A model generated the notes under the pieces. The model made no database searches and had not been told where the DNA came from. It saw nothing but the letters and a program-made list of their open reading frames with translations. DNA of 54,087 bases, filler included, from Catajapyx aquilonaris (taxonomy: Eukaryota): NCBI GenBank assembly GCA_000934665.2. It is 2 parts of 2 records of this genome, joined end to end, with 100 filler letters (N's around TTAATTAATTAA, not from the genome) between each part and the next. Parts side by side here need not be neighbours in the genome. Positions count along the whole stretch, not along the records: positions 1 to 29,451 come from KZ539359.1; 1 more part is not named here. The stretch is one strand, 5' to 3'. The position numbers and the translations under genes are program-made. Of this stretch, positions 1 to 9,143 are shown one piece after another. Within the stretch, counting starts at the first letter, position 1. Each line of letters opens with the position of its first letter.

Positions 1-677
1 TATTACTATTTTCAAGTACCAATAATTATAATTGCTATATTGTGTACATACACTTTTAGTACCATTCCAACAATGACAGCAATCATGCCCATTATCAGAC
101 TATAATCATTCAAAACGGACAGTAGAAAAGCCACGCCGTCAACATGTAAACATCGCACCGAGATGGATAAAGTATTGTCAGAAACAGAATGACAAGAACG
201 TTATAAAGGCAGCATGCTCCAATGAAAACTTTGTTCAAGAAACCTGACTGCTGGACAAAGACAGCATGCAAAATAATCAGTGAAAAACCATTACATTCAG
301 AAAAATGGTACTTTGATGACGATTATTTTCCACAAAATCCATTGTTCCAGCCTCCTAATCACCTTTTTTTTTTAATGATACAAATGAGCTGGATTTCTCC
401 ACCTCTCACTGGAAGGGATACTAACTCCTCTGTGTTCCTTCATCAAAATACCGGTACAAGGAAGAGGAGACAAGGACATGACAACAACTGGCGACATTGA
501 TCCCACCATTAACTACAGAGAAAAATGTCCATATTCGTCTCCCTTCTGTATCATTCTGTCATCATTGATTTCTAACCACGAAAGAGGTGGATACCCACCT
601 TGGAGAACCAAGAAGACAGGCCGCGCCGTATCTTGGAAGCCACTGCATCGAGCTGCACCTTTCACAACAACAGTGAA

Positions 678-737
678 TTATTATGATTATTATTATTATT
701 ATGATTATGATTATTATTATTATTATTATTACTACTA

Positions 738-778
<41 letters not shown>

Positions 779-787
779 ATAATAATA
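678..787. repeat. Compound trinucleotide microsatellite (TAT/GAT)n-(TAC)n-(AAT)n
   Basis: Directly visible. It explains the poly-Y/T and poly-I/S ORFs at 478-984 and 562-876. Confidence 0.95.
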
Positions 788-1399
788 AAAAAGTAGTATT
801 TAACTACAAGGCTACTGCGACTGGCCAATTGAATGTTCCACAAAATATCAAATCCTGGGACAATCTTGCATTTCACAGAGGAAGCAGCCGGTTAGTTGGG
901 GACGCGTCTCAAGAGGATCGCTGGAAAAATATTTATCTGCAAAAGCTGGAATGTAGGCTCACTGCTGCCATTTTTCACTCCTAGCAGAATGTAGGGGAGT
1001 GAGACATTAGATGAAAGGTGCGTGGTGCATAAACCTTTATACTGGACATCTGATATGACATTCAAGACTTGTATAAATCATCCATCGACGATACGCCCTC
1101 TGGTGCTGGACAAGATTGTGCAAGCCAAGTACTACAGTGTGCAACGTAAATCGGAACGACAAAAATAATGTACATGCGGGACACAGGCCTTCAATATCTA
1201 CGGTTGTAACTGAATGTGAATCATGATCATTCGAATAATATTTCATGGGAATCGAAAATCGACCAGACTTTCCACTTACAGAAGTAAAATAAACAATTAA
1301 TATCTTGATTACATATTTCAACCTTTTCCATTAATATAATCACCAAGCAAGTTGTATTCATGTACTTGATTTACACTCTGCCGATATCGGTAAGATCCA

Positions 1400-2512
1400 A
1401 TCCACCATATAGAAGCGTCGATTGAGAAACTGGATCGGAAGTGGCTGGACAGATTTGGGGACATCCAAGATGCTGTAGTCGCCAGTACCGAGGTAACAAC
1501 AGCAATAGCAGCCCAGAACTAAGACCTGTCGGACAAGTTGGCTCGACTGGAAAAGCACCTGGAGTCAATGGAAAACCACAGCCGCAGAAATAACCTTCTA
1601 TTCTTTGGGTTGGAGGAGATAGAGCAGGAACAGTGGGAGTGGATAAGATCCTGATAGAATATCCTTCCAGATCAACACAAAAAATGTCAACAAAATTCAG
1701 ACGATGTTCTTAGGAAAATCCCTATCACGCCCTTATAAATAATCAGGCAGCTTCGTAAGAGTTGAAACTGCAACGCAAAAATTAGAGGTAACATTGATTA
1801 GACAAGTTGTGAAATTTGTGAACAAAATGCTATCGACGGACGAAAAAACATTGCTGCAAAGGGCGCTGAGTTGTGCAATCAACAATAAACCAAGAGATGG
1901 TAAAGCCCTGAAAACATAGTCCGTGACCCTCAATGAACTACTTGGGAAATATGAGTTGCCAGAACTAAGTCAGAAAATATTCGACATCCAATTAGTGCAA
2001 CGTAAGGTAGCGGAAAAATGTGCCTCGGACAATTTCATGAAACTGAACGGCGCGGTGCATTACAACTTTTATGAAGACATAATGTTGGAGGAGGCAGAGG
2101 TGAGTTACCTGTACCTGAATCTTCCACTAGCCGTGTCAAGACTGATCTGTAATCTAAGAAATAACTTGCCAACATTACGGATTAAGGGGACATTACAAAC
2201 AAACAATGAGGAACCTTGCCAGCTGTGTAATATGGGAGTACCTTTTACTATCCACCAGCTAATGACGGAATGTTCACAAACGAGGTCCCTAAGATGGAAA
2301 TTTCTTGCCTTCCTTTGGGAACTAGGATAAGGAAAACTGGATACTGTGGTTGAGGGTAATATGTTAAAAAGTAAGTGGGTAATATGATTGTAATACTGTA
2401 TAATTCATGTAAATAGTTAAGAAAGTGTCAGTTACGTCTCTTGGGAGTTCCCCCAAAAAAGTCGTTTCGGCCTGTAACAGGGTAATATTTTAATAATAAA
2501 AATAAAAGTAAA

Positions 2513-2586
<74 letters not shown>
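1400..2586 (+). mobile_element. Degenerate, internally deleted non-LTR retrotransposon (LINE) with (TAA)n tail
   Basis: 1523-1654 translates DLSDKLARLEKHLESMENHSRRNNLLFFGLEE (coiled coil plus the SRRNNL..FG..E start of a LINE ORF1 RRM). 1683-2330 translates KIQTMFLGKSL..VRVETATQKLEVTL..KFVNKML (RT C-terminal/thumb, with in-frame stops), then LICNLR...CQLCN-x-HQLMTEC (CCHC knuckle). Ends in an (AAT)n run. Confidence 0.75.
2513..2586. repeat. (AAT)n microsatellite, probable LINE 3' tail
   Basis: Directly visible, ~180 bp downstream of the ORF2 stop at 2330. Confidence 0.9.
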
Positions 2587-2587
<1 letters not shown>

Positions 2588-4445
2588 CACCAAGGAATAA
2601 TTTTTTAAAAATTACCCCAGCCACATGCATTTGATTGATTTATTGATTGATAATGAAACAACAGCAGCAGTATCTCCACTGCACCTGAAACATGGTCATA
2701 TGTATTTTGAATACGTATTTGAATACACTAGAACTCAAACATTAAGTTGCAAGTTCCAAGCCAAGAATGAATATCATCCACTGCCAACACATCAGACGTA
2801 AAAAAAAATTAGTACTGAGCACACTGGGGCTCATAGTTACTCAGTTATCCACATTCTAACAAACAAAAAGTTGTCCAGATGCAGTAATACTGTACACAGC
2901 ATATAACAACATCTGCTGTTGGTAAACATACATGCAACTCCTGGCCATTCCTTATTAATATCAGTGCCCTTCACTTTCACTTCATGTGCAGTACCAGTAA
3001 AAGGGACACCTTTCTGAAGGTACACAATACACATCAAGAGAAGCCTCCGTCCGACGTTCAAGACTGCTCAAGAAATAGGTCAAGAGAGCTACCGTCCTTA
3101 TGTATTAAATGCAGAAAGCAGTCAAGATATTCCCACCAACTGTCCATATGAATTTAAATTACATTTTGTGCTTCATGGCTCCTAGTTGTTCAGTTTACAT
3201 TTGATTATCAGGAGGGCCAGTCAAATAAAATAATTACTATGCTCAAGTATCAATAATTGATAGGGCGTATCTTATACACACTACACACACTTTTAGTAGT
3301 CCACCATTCTAGAAATGCGAACAATTCCACCCATTATCAGACCAATTCAAAACTAGCGATAGCAAAAACCACACCGTAACCATGTAAACATCATACCTCG
3401 TTGGATTAACTCTTGTCAGTATAAGGTGTATTTTCACCCAATTTCATACACCAGAAGTATTGTACCACACAGTATAAGTGTTTATTGAAACAGAAATTGA
3501 AAACTATTTGTAAGTTATTCATTCATAAGCAAATATGTGACAGGAAAAAATGGCTCACCTACATTTGTGACCACATTGTGACAAGACCATACCATATGGC
3601 TACATAACAGGAATCATATAACAATTGAATTGAATTTCAACAAGCCCGTACAGTCGACAGTGGTACAGGTATTGAACCATTACCAGGCCAGTCGTCAAGA
3701 TTTTCACGAGAACTACCGGTGCGCAATTCAGGGCGGAATGGCTCCATGTGGGAAATGCCAAGGATTCATCAGTGACGGCGAAGAAGACGATCAGTACTCT
3801 ACATATGCTACGACGACCAAAAACATCAGAAGCACCACCATGACAGGAGATTTAACTATACCACATGGCTGAGATATAGCACTTGCTTTGAAATCCAACA
3901 GGTTTTTGCAGTACTGCGTCAAAAGACTGTTATTATGTAACTAAAGTACCACATAGTTATAATCTTGTATACAGAGGGTGGAAATCCCCCTGTAGAGGAT
4001 TAGAATCCCCCTAACAAGATAAAATATGATATATGCAAATAAGTAAATTCACAATTATTTCCATTAAACGAACCATTACACAAATGAACCACCTCTTACT
4101 CTAAAGGGGTATTCTCTTCATCAAAATACAAAAGGTAGCCCTCCCGACATGACGTTCGCTACAACAACTGACGACAGTGATCCCACCATTAACTACAGAG
4201 AGAAAATCGCCAAATTTCTTCCCTCGTCTTTATCCATGGTCCGAAATGATACAGACAAAATACCAAAAATTACTCTCTAATCCGTCTGATTTTTATACCT
4301 GAAGTAGGATAAGGACAAATCATACAAATCTCACACATTCTGATATGCCGATGCCTTCAGATTCGACTCGGATTGAAGAGAAGTTAAGAGGAGCAGAAAA
4401 ATCGTTCCAAAAAATTTGGAAGCCATCTTGGAAAAGGGGGGGGGG

Positions 4446-4475
4446 NNNNNNNNNNNNNNNNNNNNNNNNNNNNNN
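4446..4475. other. Assembly gap (30 N) inside a poly-G run
   Basis: Ns flanked by G homopolymers. Confidence 0.98.
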
Positions 4476-5047
4476 GGGGGGGGGAGAAAAAAAGAACGCG
4501 CAGAGCCTTCTGGGTAATTATGACGTCATCATTACCCGCGTTCTTTTTTGCTCTCGTGACGTCACCAGCTTTTTTAATATGGCGAATATTTATCTTTGAA
4601 CAGAACCCATTTAAAATGTTAACTTTTGATTTAAATTTTTAAAAAGTCAAAAAAATGGATAAATGGCAGGAATAGCAGGATCGCTGTTAAGGTAGCGGCT
4701 ATTTTTGTCAAAAGATGGCCGCCATAATTTATGACATTTTGAAGCTGATTTTTTTATATAAATATTAATTATGGGGGCTGAACATGGCAGATTTTGGCGG
4801 TTATGGGCTTGAACGTAATCTGCGCACAATTTAGCACAAAAGTAGCATTTGGTGTATGCAGGAATGTCAGGCATGCCACCGGAGACCCAATAATGAGCAC
4901 GGGTAATGACACTTCAAGGAGCATGAAATTAATAAATATGAAATTAAAAAATTTGTTATGCAAGCATTGCTGGCAATGCTAAGCTCACAGACACACTGAG
5001 CATGTGCAAGGTTATGTAACATCCTAAGTATAGATCAGTGGCCACAG

Positions 5048-6322
5048 ATGAGCGCAATGGAGGTAACAATCAGCCGTAATTTTCAAGCGCATTAATTAGT
5101 CTGCGATGTATCTTACAGGCAGACTTGTTTGCAAATGTTCCGGATCAAGTAGTACTGCGGATCTTCAAGTACCTAACGTATGAACAGGACAAGGTTAATG
5201 TAGGCGCAGTGTGCAAGAAGTGGTTGAAAATTAGTGTCGATCCGATACTATGGAAGCAAGTTGAGCTGAATGCGCGAGGGACCGGTATGACCAAAGAAAA
5301 GGCGGTGCAATTGCTCCGTAGAATGGGCATGCTGCGTACTCTCTACTTGTCGCATTGGCGTGACGGCGACGTCGATTTCATACTGGATGCGATCGAGGCA
5401 TGCCCGAATCTGCGAACAATGTCATTTCTGTGGTTTCAGAACGGCGTGAGTGTACAAGGGCTCACAGAGTTTGTACGCAGGTTGGTTCACTACACTGGTC
5501 GTACTTATATTATCCTAAATTGTGGTCTTTCCCGTTGAAGATACGGCGCACAGATCAAATCGATGTCGTTTGCTTGGTGTGAATTCCCGGATGACACTCC
5601 GCATCCGATGGACATCATGGCTCCATGCCAGAACCTCCAGGAACTTTACTTGGACTTTAACTGCACCACGTTTCGTACCCCGGACGCATCGCTTCAACGC
5701 AATTGGGAGAAGCTGACAAACTTCTCCTATGCGCTTGAACCTGGCTATACCATCGATCCTGAGATTAACTTGATGGCATCCAAGTACGGCGGACAGATTA
5801 TGGAATTGCGGATCGAGGGTGATCTTAGCGACCAGGCTGCCCTGCCCAAGTTCGACAAGTACGTTACGTATGACAGCTTAATTGTATTACTAATCGTTGT
5901 TTCGCTCCAGGGCAGAGGAGCTGACCCTTGCCCACTTGGGGATTCGTGACAACACCTTCCTGGAGTGGGTTGGAAAGCTGAACCTCCGCAGCCTCGCACT
6001 CCAAGAAGAGCCGTCACTGTCCGCATCAGCCATATGCACTCTACTGTCCCTTCCGAACATAGCTAGTCACCTGGAGCAACTCACATTAAGCAGCGGAGTT
6101 AATTTCGATGACACATGTCTAGCAGCATTGTCAAATTGTACAAAACTGACCAATCTGTCATTCGGTCAATGTAATCAAATTACGCTGAAAGGTCTTTTGG
6201 ATCTGGTTAAATCCTGCGAGAGCCTTCAGTATGTGTTTGTTTACGAGTGTCAGGAAATTGACAAGGACGAGGCCGCTAAGCAAGTTGCACAGTTCCGACC
6301 TGATCTTAAATTTGACTGCTAG
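5048..6322 (+). CDS. F-box/LRR-repeat protein (FBXL-like), tandem copy 1. Exons 5048-5062, 5119-5480, 5541-5858, 5911-6322; 368 aa
   Basis: F-box LFANVPDQVVLRIFKYL...VGAVCKKWLKISVDPILW followed by Cys-containing LRRs (LSNCTKLTNLSFGQCNQITLKGL). Three GT-AG introns (56, 60, 52 nt) join the ORF-track fragments in frame (1107 nt). AATAAA at ~6355. Confidence 0.9.
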
Positions 6323-6719
6323 TCCACACGCCCGTAATGTAGCCGCAATCGAAGAATAAAACTGTTGTCTCCTTGAAGTGAATATGGCCAATTGTCTCCA
6401 TAGGATTTTCTTTTCCTCAGCCATACAAAACATAATGATGTCAAATTCTTTGAGTCACATACTGTTCGCTTAAAACTATGCCAGCCGTTCCAATGTGATT
6501 TGCAATTTATTTTTTTGCCACAGACGCAGGTAGGCAGACAGGCACACATTATCGAGAGAACATTTTTGGAGCCGAATGAACAGAGGTCATGGGTATGGCA
6601 ACTTCTCCAGGCCCTCCAGGAACCAGTATTAATTAGCATAATTATTAGCAACTTCCACTAAAAAAATTAAAGTGCAAAACAATATTACAGGAACACACCT
6701 AACATGAAAAGGGTCAGAC

Positions 6720-7145
6720 CTGTTATTATTATTGATATTAAGAATTATTATTATTATTATTAATAGTTACTGTTGTGAATAATTATGTCATTATGAATTA
6801 TTATATCATTATGAATTATTATTAGTCATTATGAATTATTAGTCGTCATCATCGTGATGGTGATGAATTATTATGAATTATCATGAGTTATTTATGAATT
6901 TTTGATTTATGAATTATTTATGAATTAATTATGAACTATTTCTCTTAATATTGTTATTGCTAATAATACTAATTATAATAATGTACAGGTGTGGGGCAGG
7001 TCATTATTACTATTATTGAATTTACATTTTAATACTGTAAAAAGTAATACCCATTTAATTTACATTTAAAGAGGTATATATCACGTAAAGGGGCAGACCT
7101 ATTAAATTTATTATTATGATCATCATAATCATCATTATTATTATC
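6720..7145. repeat. AT-rich low-complexity spacer (TATGAATTAT-like units) between the F-box duplicates
   Basis: Repeated ttatgaattatt motifs are visible. Confidence 0.7.
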
Positions 7146-7693
7146 AATGTAAAAAAGGGGCACATCCCCAGATCTTAAATAATCCAAACTTTGACGTCAC
7201 GAGTTTTTAAACAAATTTTGTGGCTAATTCGCCGTTAGCTAACCTGTCACCGGTGGAAAAACTTGATTAAATTTTAATTTAAAAACATACAAATCGCCGA
7301 ATAGCAATAGCATGTGGCTGTGAATGTAGCGGCGATTTCAAGCTGCGATCGCGGAGCGGCTATTTTAAAAGATGGCGCTAATTGACATTTGCAGCTGATT
7401 TTTTGGGATTTCAATTAATTTTTGGGCCTAAAAATGACAATTTTTGGCGGTTATGGGCTTGAACGTAATCTGCACACAATTTAGTAGCATTTGGTGTATG
7501 CAACAATGTCAGGCGATGACATTGTTGCATGCACCAAATGCACGGAGAGCACGGGTAATCCCGCTTCGAACATGATGATTAGGTAAATAAACATGAAATA
7601 AAATATGTTATGCAATCGTTGCAGGCAATTCTGACAAACTGAGCATGTGCAAGGTTACGTAACATCACTCACTGCAGACGTAGTATAGATCCA

Positions 7694-9004
7694 ATGGCCG
7701 CAGAGACAGAGATGAGCGCAGTGGACGCAGAGGTAAAGCCGCAACAATTATCTGCAAATAGCGCACTAATTTGTCTGCGATGTACCTTACAGGCGGACCT
7801 GTTTGCAAATGTTCCGGACAAGGTCATACTTCGGATATTCACGTACTTGACATGTACGCAGGACAAGGTTAATGCAAGCGGAGTGTGCAAGAAGTGGTTG
7901 AAAATTAGCGTCGATCCGATACTATGGAAGCAAGTTGAGCTGGACGGACGAGGGAGAGGTATGACCAAAGAGAAGGCGGTGCAATTGCTACGTAGAATGG
8001 GCATGCTGCGTACACTAGACTTGTCACATTGGCGTGACGGCGACGCCGATTTCATACTGGATGCGATCGAGGGATTCCCCGATCTGCAATCAATATCGCT
8101 AGTACATTTTGATAACGGCGTGAGTGTACACGCGCTCACCGAGTTTGTACGCAGGTTGGTTCACTACACCGGTTGTACTTATATTATCCTAAATTGTGGT
8201 CTTTCCCGTTGAAGATACGCAGCACAGATCAAATTGATGTCGGTTTGTTGGAGTGAATTTCCGGACGACTTTCCGCATCCGATGGACATCATGGCTCCTT
8301 GCCAGAACCTCCAGGAACTGTACTTGGACTTTAACTACTGCAAGTTTCGTACCCCGGACGCATCGCTACAGCGCAATTGGGAGAAGCTGACGATCTTCTC
8401 GTACATGCAAAAACCGGGGTGTACCGTCGATCCCGAGATTAACTTGATGGCGTCCAAGTACGGCGGACAGATTAAGGACCTGCGAATCCATGGCGATCTG
8501 AGCGACCAGGCTGTCCTACTGAAGTTTGATAAGTACGTTAAGTACGACCGCTTAATCGCTTTATTAATCGTTTTTTTTTTTCGCTCCAGGGCTGAGGAGC
8601 TGACCCTTGCCTTCTTGGGGATTCGCGACGACACTTTCCTGGAGTGGGTTGGAAAGCTGAACCTCCGCTGCCTCACACTCCAGGAAGTGCGGAAGTCACT
8701 GTCCGCATCGGCCATGTGCAATCTACTGTCCCTTCCGAACATAGCTAGTCACCTGCAGGAACTCACATTATGCATCGGAGTTAATGTGGACGACTCATGT
8801 CTAGCCGCATTGTCAAACTGTACGCAACTGACCAGTCTGTCTCTTGCTGAATGTCATGAAATTACGCTGACAGGCCTTCTGGATGTGGTTAAATCCTGCG
8901 AGTCTCTTCAGAACATCTGCGCTTACGATTGTCAGCAAATAGACCGGGACGAAGCCGCTAACCAAATTGCACAGGTCCGACCTGATCTTAATTTTGAAGG
9001 CTAG
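7694..9004 (+). CDS. F-box/LRR-repeat protein (FBXL-like), tandem copy 2. Exons 7694-7732, 7793-8154, 8215-8532, 8590-9004; 377 aa
   Basis: Same intron positions and phases as copy 1 (introns 60, 60, 57 nt). The spliced frame is intact (1134 nt). AATAAA at 9040-9045. Confidence 0.9.
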
Positions 9005-9143
9005 TCACGTTACAGCCTTAAATGTATCCGTAATCGAAGAATAAAAAGTGTTGTCTGAAATTTACTGCTCACCTGTCGAAGTAATTATGGCCATTTTGTC
9101 TCCATAGGTTTTTATTTTCCTCAGCCATACAAAACAGCTTCGT

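Noticed and set aside
478..984. 168-aa and 104-aa ORFs with homopolymer runs
   Set aside because: Products of the trinucleotide microsatellite.
5125..6322. Frameshifted F-box pseudogene (three broken ORFs)
   Set aside because: The breaks coincide with canonical GT-AG introns, and the spliced frame is intact.
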